DNA of 63,244 nt, filler included, from Octopus bimaculoides (GCF_001194135.2; 4 parts of 4 records of this genome joined end to end with filler, not necessarily neighbours in it); one strand, 5' to 3'. Shown: positions 1-12,251, counted from the whole stretch's first letter. Program-made: numbers and translations. The notes: generated by a model from the letters alone, not told the origin.

Positions 1-134
1 ACTTGCCCAAGGTGCCACTTGCCCAAGGTGCCACTTGCCCAAGGTGCCACTTGCCCAAGGTGCCACTTGTCCAAGTGTGACTGTACCCGGAACTATGTGG
101 TTGGTAAGCAAGCTACTTACCACACAGCCACTCC
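1..134 (-). mobile_element. Family A SINE head with a 16-bp segment (acttgcccaaggtgcc) amplified x4
   Basis: Tandem copies at 1-64, then the tRNA-like head in reverse complement to 134. Confidence 0.88.
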
Positions 135-204
135 TATGATTGACTGATTGACTGATTGCCTGTCTATAAGCTCAGTTTAAGTGAACACGAAGCCATATGG
201 ATAG

Positions 205-263
<59 letters not shown>

Positions 264-898
264 GAGAGAAAAAGAGAGAGAGAGGAAGGAAGGGATGGGA
301 GAGAGAGAGAGAGAGAGAGAGAGGAAGGAAGGGATGGGAGAGAGAGAGAGATAAAGAAGATATAATATTCACACAAACAGATACACACATTCGTCAGTTT
401 TCTTGGCCATTTTCCTTTTTAAATTAAGAAAAATTACGCAGGATTCGTCGAGGAAATACAACATAATTCCTTAATCATCTAGGATCTGTCACAATGGCTA
501 GACTATGCTATGTTGAGTTGCAGTAAGAGCGAAACATACTGTTAGCTGCCATCGTATTGTTTCTTCTGTATTTCTCGCAACAATTAGTTATATGGAATAT
601 GAGCACTCAAATCACCAAATCTACGTCTTAATTAATTAAATTTAGAAGGTTTACTACATCAAAAATACTACCGTTCTATCTATTGAGTTGGCCAAAAATG
701 CTCATTCGTTTTTCCCCTTGCGCATGCGAAATCGTTAGATACCAGACATTATTCGCTTTTGTTTGCTTTGCGCATGCGTACTCGTTAGATGCCTGACATG
801 CTGACGTAGTTCGACGCGAAATTGCGACGAGACACGTATTTTGTGCACTTGGAGTCACCTTGAAAATCGAGAACAAAACGAAAATTATGGTTACCCTT

Positions 899-1319
899 TA
901 CTCTTTTACTCTTTTACTTGTTTCAGTTATTTGACTGCGGCCATGCTGGAGCACCGCATTTAGTCGAAGAAATCGACCCCAGGACTTATTATTTATAAGC
1001 CTAGTACTTATTCTATAGGTCTCTCATGCCGAACCGCTAAGTTATGGAGACGTAAACACATCAGCGTCGGTTGTCAAGCAATGTTGGGGGGACAAACACA
1101 GACACACAAACTTATAACATGCATACATTTATATATATAGATATATATATATATACGACGGGCTTCTTTCAGTTTCTATCTACCAAATCCATTCACAAGG
1201 CTTTGGTCGGCCTGAGGCTATAGTAGAAGACACTTGCCCAAGGTGCCACGAAGTGGGACTGAACCCAGAACCATGTGGTTAGTGAGCAAGCTACTTACCA
1301 CACAGCCACTCCTGCGCCT
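899..1319 (-). mobile_element. Family A tRNA-derived SINE, full length (head + CORE-like accttgggcaagtgtctt + internal (AT)/(GT)n + tail ending in gtaaaaga repeats)
   Basis: A-box tggctgtgtgg and B-box ggttcagtccc on the minus strand; homologous copies throughout the window; inserted in the mariner. Confidence 0.92.
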
Positions 1320-1748
1320 ATAGCTAATATTTTTTTTTATTAATTCAGAAAAAGCCTGAAAACAATGGAAACCTACAAAAAGGTATGTGCTGTGTAAAAA
1401 GAGGTGTTCTACAGAGTGTATATGTCAGAAGTGGTATTCAAGATTTTGATCAGGAAATTATTTCTCTCAAAATGCGCCACTCTCTGGCCGGCCAACTGGG
1501 ATTAGCAGCGACAAAGTGAAGGAGTTAGACGAGGCCAGTCTCCGTTATACGATCAAGATGATCGCAGATATTCTCTAAAGATCCAAATCAAGTGTTGAAA
1601 ACCATCTGCATTAAAATCGTTGGGTTCCACGTAAAATCAATGACGAGAACATAGGCCAACGAATATTCATCTGTGATCCGTTGCCGATGGGTAATGGAAA
1701 CAATCCATTTTTGAAGAGAATGGAAACGGCATAAAAAATGGATCGTCT

Positions 1749-2055
1749 GGTTCCCAAAGTGGGCGGTACTGTCTCCTTGTGGGGAGGGGGCGCAGTGGAA
1801 AGGTCCAGTGGGCATTGTAGAAAAGTGAGGTGCTGAGGGGTTGACAAAAGGGGGAAATGGATGTAAAAAAAAAAACTCCTCAAAATAATGGGCTAATTAG
1901 GTGAAGTTTTATTTGTGAAATACAGTTGTTTTGAATTCGCTGCAGAAAGTGGTCTTTGTTTGTGGCGGTGATGATTGGGTGAGGAGCGGGGTAGCGCTAT
2001 AAATGCGATCTGGGTGCCAAGTGGGTGGCAACCTGTAAATGTTTTGGAACCACTG
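1749..2055. mobile_element. hAT (Charlie-like) non-autonomous MITE nested in the mariner
   Basis: Ends ggttcccaaagtggg ... ttttggaaccactg (left end clipped). It splits the transposase at W-I-V|YNN. The right flank atctataa resembles the nTCTAnAn target. Confidence 0.75.
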
Positions 2056-3455
2056 ATCTATAACAATGCGAAACACAGGCGATCATGAAGGGAACCACCA
2101 CAAACGACTTCCAAAAAGAAGGACGTCACTCGAAAAAGACTATGCTTTCAATTAGGAGGGATTGGAAGGGTATTGTCTCTTATGAACTTCTTCCAATGGA
2201 CAGGACCAACAATTTGGATGCGTACAGTGACCAGATGGACAAATTAAACGCAGCGATCAACTAGACTCGCTTCTATCTCTTGCTAATCGTAAGGGCATTG
2301 TTTTGCTAGACTGCATGCTTCTTTGCAGACGGGACGGAGGTTACTGGAACCTAGCTGGGAGGTTCTTGTCGCACCTTCCATAACCTTCCGATCATGCGTT
2401 TTCAGATTTCCACTTGATTTTAGCTTCTTCAAAATTCTTTGACTAGAAATACCTTCAACACTGAAGACAATGTAAAATTACACTAAGAAGAGTTTTTCGT
2501 CAGTAGGAAATTCTTTAAGCAGAGAATAATAAATTTGCCCACGAAATACTGGAACGTAATGGTAACTATATCATTAATTGAAGATACAGGAACGAAACAG
2601 TAATTATATCATTAATAGAATAAATCGCTTTATGTTTAAAACTTATGTCATATTTTCCCTTAAAAAGACGAACGGACGTTCTGATCAACCGAGTATTATA
2701 AGCTGTCTGTGTGTGCTTAAGTGTTTGCGAATGTGTGTGTATCTGCATGTATATAATTTGAGTATACATATGTATAGATGATGTGTTTTATTGCTTATAT
2801 AATTATATTCTCAATGTGTGCATAATTATATGCATTTTTATCTATGTTTATAGTAAATGTAAGTATACTATCTGTGTATGCATTAATATATAATTTCTAT
2901 CACCTGTGTGTGCATAATCACAAAATGTAAATTGTTATACGCATGTGTTTATTTATTCAGTTTGATCATCTATGTGTGTGTGTGTGTGTATGCATAATAT
3001 ACATGCATACACAAGCATAGACATAAGATGTATGTGTATAAGATATGCAAGTGTATTATCTCTGAATGTATATGCGTGCCTTATCTAATTCTACAAACTG
3101 TTGGTATATACATACATGTATATACATACACAAACACACAGACACAGACACACATATTCATATATATATATATACGTATATACATATATACATGCATATA
3201 TATATATNNNNNNNNNNNNNNNNNNNNNNNNNNNNNNNNNNNNNNNNNNNNNNNNNNNNNNNNNNNNNNNNNNNNNNNNNNNNNNNNNNNNNNNNNNNNN
3301 NNNNNNNNNNNNNTACATACATTCATTCATACATAAGTGTATATACTTATACATATATACATACATAAGACACACATACATACATGCATATACATACATG
3401 CATATACATACATAGATAGACGCATACACACATGCATACATTTATTCATAGATAA

Positions 3456-3486
<31 letters not shown>

Positions 3487-3830
3487 CATACATACATACA
3501 TAACATACATACATACATACATACATACATAAGTACATACATACATACATGCATGCATGCATGCAAACATACACACACACACACATACATACATACATAC
3601 ATACATACATACATACATCATACATACATAACGGGAATAGATATATATCTCTATGATCGAGAATTTTGTCTTGAAATTGCGTGATTCGGGTTCGATACTA
3701 CTGTGGGGCACCGTTACTTTTTTCCATGAAACTTAGAAGGAAACTGTGCAGAAACCCGTCGCACATGGCTCTCTGTCTGTTTGTCTCTCAGTCTGTCTAT
3801 CTATCAACCAATCTGTCAATTCTTTTATAT

Positions 3831-4063
3831 CAGTGTTTCTCAACCATTTCTTCACCTATAGACCTCTTTGGTTCTTATTTTACACGGGCGGATCCTCCCA
3901 GCCATTTGATGTTTAAAAATTCCTATTGTATTTATATAGTCAAATATTATTACGAACTGTATGCAAAAAGATTCTTAAAATACTTCGTGTATAACCAAAT
4001 TATTACAGCGGAATCTTATATGGACCTCCAGGGGGCCATATGAATCTCAGTTGAGAACCACTC
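3831..4063. mobile_element. hAT-type MITE
   Basis: TIRs cagtgtttctcaac ... gttgagaaccactc, 233 bp. Confidence 0.75.
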
Positions 4064-4098
4064 ATATGCATCTTCCACAAGTCTGTCGTTATATGAGT

Positions 4099-4416
4099 GA
4101 AGGCGCGTGGCTTAATGGTTAGGGCATTCAGCTCATGATCCTAAGGTCGTGAGTCCGATTCCCGGCGACGCATTGTGTCCTTGGGCAAGACACTTTATTT
4201 CACGTTGCTCCAGTCCACTCAGCTGGCAAAAGTGAGTAGTACCTTTACTTAAAAGGGCCGGCCTTGTCACGCTATGTGTCACGCTGAATATTCCCGAGAA
4301 CTACGTTAAGGGTACACGTGTCTGTGGATTGCTCAGTCACTTGCACGTTAATTTCATGAGCAAGCTGTTCCGTTGATCGTATCAACTGGGACCCTCGTCG
4401 TAACCGACGGAGTGCT
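4099..4416 (+). mobile_element. Family C tRNA-derived SINE (CORE-like central domain)
   Basis: A-box tggcttaatgg, B-box gagtccgattccc, tgtgtccttgggcaagacactt core and gtaaccgacggagtgc end. Possibly one of the OR1/OR2 octopus SINEs; the assignment is unverified. Confidence 0.9.
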
Positions 4417-4743
4417 CTCCTCCGTTATATGAAACACGGATATGTATCGTGCACCAAATCATTTATCTCGTGTGCATGATTTGACTAACGAAACTTTTCA
4501 ACAAACAAAATGGCTAACTGTTGGAAGTGTTGATTGTTCACTCCCAAACTGACGGTAACGAAGGCATTCCACTTATGACCATCCTGACAATGACTCAGAC
4601 AGGATGTACACTGAACTGCTAAATCAAATATGTCTCTGCTTTTTTCAACAACGGCAGAATATGAGCTATCTTTGGCTGTAGTTTCTAGCATGTTATGCGA
4701 CCATATAGAATTTATCACTTGGTATTTTTGTTGTTGCTGTTAT

Positions 4744-4780
<37 letters not shown>

Positions 4781-4782
<2 letters not shown>

Positions 4783-5161
4783 TTACTTGTTTCAGTCATT
4801 TGACTGCGGCCATGCTGGAGTATCGCATTTAATCGAACATAACGACCGTAGGACTTATTTTTTGTAAGCCTAGTACTTATTCTAGCGATGTCTTTTGCCG
4901 AACCGCTAGGTTACGAGGACGTGAACACATCAACATCGGTTGTCAAGCGATGGTGGGGTGACAAACACAGACACACAAATACATGTATACATATATACGA
5001 CAGGATTCTTTCAGTTTCCATCTAACAAATCCATTCACAAGGCTTTGGTCGGCCCTAAACTATAGTAGACGACACTTGCCCAAGGTGCCACGGAGTGGGA
5101 CTGAACGCAGAACCAAGTGGTTGGGAAGTAAGCTTCTTACAGCACAGCTACTCTTGCACCT
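4781..5161 (-). mobile_element. Family A SINE, full length
   Basis: Colinear with 899-1319. Confidence 0.9.
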
Positions 5162-5185
5162 ATGTGTGTATATATATATGTGGAT

Positions 5186-5506
5186 GAGACCCCCTTCGGT
5201 CATGACTGACCATGGGATTGCACCTAGAAAGTTACCCTCCGAGGCACAAGTCCAGGCAAGGTTGTTTTATGGAAGACCAGCAGTCGTCCATGCATACAGG
5301 TCTCCCGTCTCCACGCCACTGATGTTAACCAGGGGAAAGGCAAAGGGGCCGATACAGCTTGGCACCTGTGACGTCGCAACTTATTTGTAAAGCTGAGTTA
5401 ACTGGAGCAACGTGAAATAAAGTGTCTTGCTCAAGATCACAACACGCAGCCCGATCCGGGATTCGAACTCAAAACCTCTCGATCGTAAGCTCGACGCTCT
5501 AACCAC
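5186..5506 (-). mobile_element. Family D SINE (head and core like family C, different tail ending ...catgaccgaagggggtctc)
   Basis: tRNA-like head ttagagcgtcgagcttacgatcgagagg..gagttcgaatccc; second copy at 8993-9248. Confidence 0.88.
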
Positions 5507-6310
5507 CTATGTATATATGTGTGTGTGTATGTGTGTGTGCGCGAATGCGTGTGAATGTATATATGCATATACATATACAAGCATATATACATATACATAT
5601 ATATATGTTTTAAATCTTTTAGTCTCAATGCATTTTGTTGGGAGGTTCTATTTTTTCATAAGGCGTTTTTATCTTTTTCTTCATCTTGGTCTAAGAGTGT
5701 GCGTTTCCTTTTTCGTGTCTTTTATTAATTCCTGTTTTTCTTTAATTTCTTTTTCTTTTCTATTTTATGATTTTTCTTAAATTAAATTTATATATTTATG
5801 TATTTATTGCAAGCACTGGGTGTGCTACGAGAGAGAGAGAGAGAGAGAGAGAGAGNNNNNNNNNNNNNNNNNNNNNNNNNNNNNNNNNNNNNNNNNNNNN
5901 NNNNNNNNNNNNNNNNNNNNNNNNNNNNNNNNNNNNNNNNNNNNNNNNNNNNNNNNNNNNNNNNNNNNNNNNNNNNNNNNNNNNNNNNNNNNNNNNNNNN
6001 NNNNNNNNNNNNNNNNNNNNNNNNNNNNNNNNNNNNNNNNNNNNNNNNNNNNNNNNNNNNNNNNNNNNNNNNNNNNNNNNNNNNNNNNNNNNNNNNNNNN
6101 NNNNNNNNNNNNNNNNNNNNNNNNNNNNNNNNNNNNNNNNNNNNNNNNGAACAGAGACTGACAGGCAGAGAGAGACAAATGAGACAGGGAGACCCACATT
6201 GAAAGAAGGAAATAGAAAGACTACATTATATGTATGTATATATTTGTGTACGTGTGTGTGTGAATGTGCTTCTGTGTACTTATATATGAGGGAGAGAGAA
6301 AGAGAGACAG

Positions 6311-6375
<65 letters not shown>

Positions 6376-7009
6376 AAGAGAGAGAGAAAGAGAAAGAGAA
6401 AGCAGGGCGGGGAGGTTTCAATTTAAGCATGCATTCTCTAACATTAATATAAAAAATAAAATAAATAAAATGAAATGAAATAGAAATAAAAATAAGAAAA
6501 CAAAAACTGAAAACGAAATAGCTTGCGCCTCAGACAGAAATATGAGTAAATTTTACACAACCACTTGCTCAACATAAGACACTCGTGGGAAATTTGACAA
6601 AAGAAGTAGATAGCAGAAGGAAGAAAGTAAAGAAAGAAAAGAAAAGAAGAGAAAGTAAGAAAGAAAGAAAGGAAAGTGAAGAAAGAAGGGAAGTAAGGAA
6701 AGAAAGAAAGAAAGGAAAAAAGAAGGAGAGGCGGAGGAGCGGCGGAGGGGAGAAAGAAAGAGAAGAAAGAAGGAAACACTAGCAGACAGAAAATCAAATG
6801 AAAAAAAAATATAAGAATAATAATAAAACAAAAAGAGTAAATAAAAAAGAAAACAAGACAAATAACAAAAAATCTATCAAAACAACATAGTAGGATAGGA
6901 AAGGAAGAGNNNNNNNNNNNNNNNNNNNNNNNNNNNNNNNNNNNNNNNNNNNNNNNNNNNNNNNNNNNNNNNNNNNNNNNNNNNNNNNNNNNNNNNNNNN
7001 NNNNNNNNN

Positions 7010-7574
7010 CTTTGAGGCACTTACATCCCCTTCTACTCCTATCCACTCCCACATAGTCTGTATGCGTGTCCAAGGTAGCGTTCCAGTCCCCTACTAACAG
7101 TAATGGTTGTGACGTTCTCAGGAAAAAACTCTAGACGTCTAAAGAAATCCGCGCGACCCGTTAAGGACGGTTCATACACTGCTATCAGACGGAAAGCACA
7201 CCCGTTTGTGCCATCGACGTCCAAGACAATCAGTCTACCCTCCGGGTCTAGGAATATTGGCCTTACTTTTAGGTTCAGACTCTTCCGAAAAAGCACCGCG
7301 GTTCCACCACCACCCATGTTTGGCAGACAAGGAGAAAAATAAATGTCGAAATGTCCGCCAAACATGGACTTGAAGGCCCGCGGGTTACTGAGTCTGGTTT
7401 CACTGATAGCTATTATTTCTATGTTCAGTGACCTGATGTCATTTAGAAGATATCCTTGCTTCCAAGCTGACGCCAAGCCACGTACATTTACACAACCTAT
7501 TTTAAGCATAATTTAGTCGAAAAGCGTATAGAGACGAGAGAGAAGGTTACTTACTCATTTCGACAGTTTTACAC
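7010..7574 (-). mobile_element. L1/Tx1-clade LINE fragment: end of ORF1 and ORF2 APE endonuclease N-terminus
   Basis: ORF 7039-7509 contains NVRGL, IIAISET, GGGTAVLF, GRLIVLDV, RLIAVY. After one frameshift it continues PLLLVGDWNATLD. Gaps flank both sides. Confidence 0.88.
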
Positions 7575-8101
7575 NNNNNNNNNNNNNNNNNNNNNNNNNN
7601 NNNNNNNNNNNNNNNNNNNNNNNNNNNNNNNNNNNNNNNNNNNNNNNNNNNNNNNNNNNNNNNNNNNNNNNNNNNNNNNNNNNNNNNNNNNNNNNNNNNN
7701 NNNNNNNNNNNNNNNNNNNNNNNNNNNNNNNNNNNNNNNNNNNNNNNNNNNNNNNNNNNNNNNNNNNNNNNNNNNNNNNNNNNNNNNNNNNNNNNNNNNN
7801 NNNNNNNNNNNNNNNNNNNNNNNNNNNNNNNNNNNNNNNNNNNNNNNNNNNNNNNNNNNNNNNNNNNNNNNNNNNNNNNNNNNNNNNNNNNNNNNNNNNN
7901 NNNNNNNNNNNNNNNNNNNNNNNNNNNNNNNNNNNNNNNNNNNNNNNNNNNNNNNNNNNNNNNNNNNNNNNNNNNNNNNNNNNNNNNNNNNNNNNNNNNN
8001 NNNNNNNNNNNNNNNNNNNNNNNNNNNNNNNNNNNNNNNNNNNNNNNNNNNNNNNNNNNNNNNNNNNNNNNNNNNNNNNNNNNNNNNNNNNNNNNNNNNN
8101 N

Positions 8102-8190
<89 letters not shown>

Positions 8191-8335
8191 CTGCGGTGAA
8201 AATATAGAAGGGGAGTAAGTAGGGAGAGTGTGAGGGAGAGGATATTGTGTGAATAACAGAGACAGAGTAATGGTTGGTTAACGAACGCGGGTCGCATTGA
8301 GATTAAACGAGATTAAAAGTGGAGAATATCTTAGG

Positions 8336-8600
8336 ATGGCGAGGTGGCACAGATGTTATAATGGCGAGGTGGCACAGTCGTCATGATGGCGAGGTGACAT
8401 AGTCGTCATGATGGCGAGGTGGCACAGTCGTTATGATGGCGACGTGGCACAGTCGGTAGCATGTTCGCCAAAGTGCTTGGTGGCATTTACGTTTATCTTT
8501 ATGTTTTGAGTGCAAATTCCACTGAGTTTGACTTTGCCTTTCATGTTACTGAGTCGATTAAAATAAGTACCAGTTAAACATTGGGGTCGCTGTAATCGAC
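8336..8600 (+). mobile_element. Family B tRNA-derived SINE with its 25-bp A-box segment tandemly amplified x5
   Basis: Units atggcgaggtggcacagtcgtcatg at 8336, 8361, 8386, 8411 and 8436, then B-box gagtgcaaattcc and gactttgcctttcat..ggggtcg body. Confidence 0.85.
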
Positions 8601-8824
8601 TTACACCTTTCCTCGGTGCTGCTGGCCATTGTACCAGAATTTGAAACCAATAATCTAAGTAATTCATACGCTAGTGATGTGCATAAAAATATAACGGGTG
8701 CGTATACACACACACGTATTTATATACATACATACAGAGAGAAAGTCACGCACACTCTTTCTCTCTCTGTCTCTCTCTGTCTCTTTCTCTCTTTTTCTCT
8801 CTCTCTCACACACACACACATATA

Positions 8825-8960
8825 AGAAGTGTGCTTCCCAACCACATGGTTCCGGCTTCAGTCCTACTGTGTAGCATCTTGGGCATGTCTTCTCATATAG
8901 CCTCGAGACGAGCAATGGTTTGTGAATGTATTTGGTTGACGGAAACTGAAAGAAGCCCGT
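8825..8960 (+). mobile_element. Family A SINE head half
   Basis: Ends at the internal microsatellite. Confidence 0.8.
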
Positions 8961-8992
8961 TATATACATACATACATACATACATACATACT

Positions 8993-9248
8993 GAGACCAC
9001 CTTCAGTTATGACTGACCATGGGATTGCACCTAGAAAGTTCCCCTCCCAGGCAAGGTTGTTTATGTCCGGGCAAGGCAAAGGGGCCGATACAGCTTGGTA
9101 CCAGTGACGTCACAACTCATTTCTACAGCTGAGTGAACTGGAGCAATGTGAAATGAAGTGTCTTCTTCTAGAACACAACACGCAGCCCGGTCGAACTCAC
9201 AACCTCGCGATCGTAAGCTCGACGCTCTAGCCACCGAGCCATGCGCCT
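8993..9248 (-). mobile_element. Family D SINE, internally deleted
   Basis: Homologous to 5186-5506. Confidence 0.85.
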
Positions 9249-9253
9249 ACACA

Positions 9254-9289
<36 letters not shown>

Positions 9290-10159
9290 NNNNNNNNNNN
9301 NNNNNNNNNNNNNNNNNNNNNNNNNNNNNNNNNNNNNNNNNNNNNNNNNNNNNNNNNNNNNNNNNNNNNNNNNNNNNNNNNNNNNNNNNNNNNNNNNNNN
9401 NNNNNNNNNNNNNNNNNNNNNNNNNNNNNNNNNNNNNNNNNNNNNNNNNNNNNNNNNNNNNNNNNNNNNNNNNNNNNNNNNNNNNNNNNNNNNNNNNNNN
9501 NNNNNNNNNNNNNNNNNNNNNNNNNNNNNNNNNNNNNNNNNNNNNNNNNNNNNNNNNNNNNNNNNNNNNNNNNNNNNNNNNNNNNNNNNNNNNNNNNNNN
9601 NNNNNNNNNNNNNNNNNNNNNNNNNNNNNNNNNNNNNNNNNNNNNNNNNNNNNNNNNNNNNNNNNNNNNNNNNNNNNNNNNNNNNNNNNNNNNNNNNNNN
9701 NNNNNNNNNNNNNNNNNNNNNNNNNNNNNNNNNNNNNNNNNNNNNNNNNNNNNNNNNNNNNNNNNNNNNNNNNNNNNNNNNNNNNNNNNNNNNNNNNNNN
9801 NNNNNNNNNNNNNNNNNNNNNNNNNNNNNNNNNNNNNNNNNNNNNNNNNNNNNNNNNNNNNNNNNNNNNNNNNNNNNNNNNNNNNNNNNNNNNNNNNNNN
9901 NNNNNNNNNNNNNNNNNNNNNNNNNNNNNNNNNNNNNNNNNNNNNNNNNNNNNNNNNNNNNNNNNNNNNNNNNNNNAAATTAATTTTTGCCAAATTCCTT
10001 TATTTCATTTAATCTATAATATGAATATTTTATATCTAACAACTTTAAATTTAAACATTTAACCTATCAACCTATGGACGTTATTTTATCGAATCTTGAA
10101 AGACAAAGTTGACCACGGCGGGATTCGAACTTGGAATGTAGAAAGTCAGAAGAAATCTT

Positions 10160-10552
10160 TTTTTCTTTTTCTCTTGTTTCAGCCATTGAACAGCGGTCAT
10201 GCTGGGGCACCGCCTTGATGAATTTTCTTTGTCGAATGAATCAATCCCATTACTAAATTTCTTTTTCTTAAGCTTGACACATATGCTACCGATATCTTTT
10301 GTCGAACCGCTATTTACGTATACATACCAACACCGGTTGTTACATGGTGGTGAGGGACAGACACAAAGACACACAGACACACATCATATAAATCGGGCTT
10401 CTTTCAGTTTTCGTCTACCAAAACCACTCAGAATGCATTGGTTAACCCGAAGCTATAGTAGAAGAGATATGCCGAAGGTGCCATGCAGTGAGACCGAACC
10501 GAGAACCATGTATTTGAGAAGAACACTTTTTACCACTCAGCCACGCCTGCGC
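10160..10552 (-). mobile_element. Family A SINE, diverged full length
   Basis: Tail, microsatellite remnant and head are all present. Confidence 0.85.
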
Positions 10553-10730
10553 TCAATGGAAGCCATTTTTGCCAACATTTATGATTCTCCTAATCCACAA
10601 TCATGTAATATATACAGGATGACTAAATGAGTGACAACACAGATATGTGAGGCTTATCTCTTGTTCATATCGCTGCCTTATAAGTGCGGAGCGAGATCAA
10701 ACATCAACAATAGTTACAACAATTACTTTT

Positions 10731-12172
10731 AATATTGGTTTCAAATTTTAGGACAAGGCCAGCGAGTCTGGAAAATGGGAGTAATTCGATCACATCAACC
10801 CCAGTGTTCAACTGGTACTTATTTTATCGACGCCGAAGGGATGAAAGGCAAAGCTTACCTTGGTGGAATTTGAACTCAGAACGTAAAGACAGACGAGATA
10901 CCGCAAAGCATTTATGCTCAGCGTGCTAATGGCTTTTCCAGCTCACTGCCTTAAATTGCAAAGGAATATTGGTTTTAAATTTAGGACAAGGCCAGCAGGT
11001 TCGGGAATGGGGTGAAGTCGATTAAATTGACCTCAGTACTCAACTGATACTTATTTTATCGACCCTGAAAGGCAAAGAGGGCCTCGGAGAAATTTGAACT
11101 CAGAACGTGAAGACAGACGGAATTCTGCTAAACATTTTGTCCGGCGTGTTAATGATTCTGCCAGTTCGCTGCCTTAAATTGGAAAGGAATATTACAAGTA
11201 AAAATATCAGCCAGAACTCAGAGCTAAAACATTCAATATATATATATAAAAGGAAGTTGTAGTGTAAATAAAATAGTCTGTGAATGGACAGACTAAAAGC
11301 CATGATGCCCTAAAAAGCACTTACCCAAAATTATGTTACTTTTCGACTTTTTCAAATACCAAGAATGCTTAGTTTTCTTTCTAATTTTTGGCACAAGGTC
11401 AACAGTTTTTAGGAAAGCGGGAAATCGATTACATCGACCCTAGTGCACAACTGGTACTAATTTTATCGACCCCAATAGGATGAACGGCAAGGCTGATTTC
11501 TGCAGCATTTGAAGTCAGAACGTAAGGTCGGAAGAAATGCCGCTTATAACTTGTTCGTCACGCTAACGTTTCTTATTTTTTTATTGCCCACAAGGGACTG
11601 AACATAGAGGGGACAAACAAGGATAGACAAAAGAATTAAGTCGATTATATCGACCCCAGTGCGTAACTGGTACTTAATTTATCGATCCAAAATGATGAAA
11701 GGCAAAGTCGACCTCGGTGGAATTTGAACTCAGAGCGTAACGGCAGACGAAATACCGCTAAGCATTTCACCCGGTGTGCTAACGTTTCTGCCAACTCGCC
11801 GCCGTAATGGTAGCGTTTCTCCGAGCTCACAACCTTAATAATAATGGCTTCAATTTTTGGCACAAGGACAACAATTTTGGGGGAGGGGCAAGTTGATTAC
11901 ATCGACCCCAGTGCTATACTGGTACTTAATTTATCGACCCCGAAAGGGAAAAAAAACAAAGTCGATCTCGGCAGAATTTGAACTCAGAACATAACGACAA
12001 ACGAAATACCGCTAAGTATTTTTCCCGGCGTGCTAACGGTTCTGCCAGCTCACAGCCGTAATGATATAGATAATAATTGTTTCCAGTGTTGGCATAAGGC
12101 CAACAAGTTTAGACCCACACCTGAAACAATGAAATGCAAAGTTGACTTCGGACGAATTTGAACTCAGAACGT
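10731..12172 (-). mobile_element. Cluster of six same-orientation family B SINEs
   Basis: Copies at about 10731-10951, 10964-11175, 11380-11572, 11575-11805, 11848-12057 and 12080-12172. Each has gaatttgaactcagaacgt (B-box reverse complement) and most have atcgaccccagtg..actggtactt. Confidence 0.9.
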
Positions 12173-12251
12173 ATGTGTATGCGTGTTGTTATTATTTTCT
12201 GATAGATTTATGACTCATAATGGTCAATTACCCGGTTTCCATGACATATGT

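Larger units (their letters stand above)
866..2581 (+). pseudogene. Mariner transposase pseudogene
   Basis: Recognisable motifs with stops and frameshifts: ETYKKVCAV, SKSSVENHLH, WVP, IC..PFLKRM, W-I-V/I-YNN, KGIVSYELLP, WEVL, SDFHL, NGNYIIN*. The start codon appears mutated (ATC GAG AAC AAA at 866). Confidence 0.85.
683..2693 (+). mobile_element. Full-length decayed mariner DNA transposon, about 1.29 kb after removing two nested insertions
   Basis: TA-flanked imperfect TIRs (ttgagttggccaaaaatgctcattcgttttt at 683; aaaaagacgaacggacgttctgatcaaccgag ending 2693). A transposase relic lies between them. A SINE (899-1319) and a hAT MITE (1749-2055) are inserted. Confidence 0.88.

Noticed and set aside
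700-890. Stand-alone host housekeeping promoter
   Set aside because: It lies inside the mariner, between the left TIR (683) and the mutated start codon (866). It is kept only as a low-level finding.
1349-1382. Apparent small exon (ttaattcag | ...ATG GAA ACC TAC AAA AAG | gtatgt)
   Set aside because: It is the mariner transposase N-terminus (ETYKKVCAV, equivalent to ETQKKICAVYG); the splice-like signals are coincidental.
4099-4170. tRNA genes (also at other SINE heads such as 42558, 5440-5506 and 12560-12627)
   Set aside because: A and B boxes are present, but they run into SINE bodies and have no complete cloverleaf or acceptor stem.
4485-4718. 77-aa minus-strand ORF in unique-looking sequence
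   Set aside because: No recognisable motif and no convincing splice sites.
8336-8460. CRISPR-like array (also 23691-23830 and 47659-47891)
   Set aside because: Eukaryotic context, no unique spacers and no cas genes; these are minisatellites.
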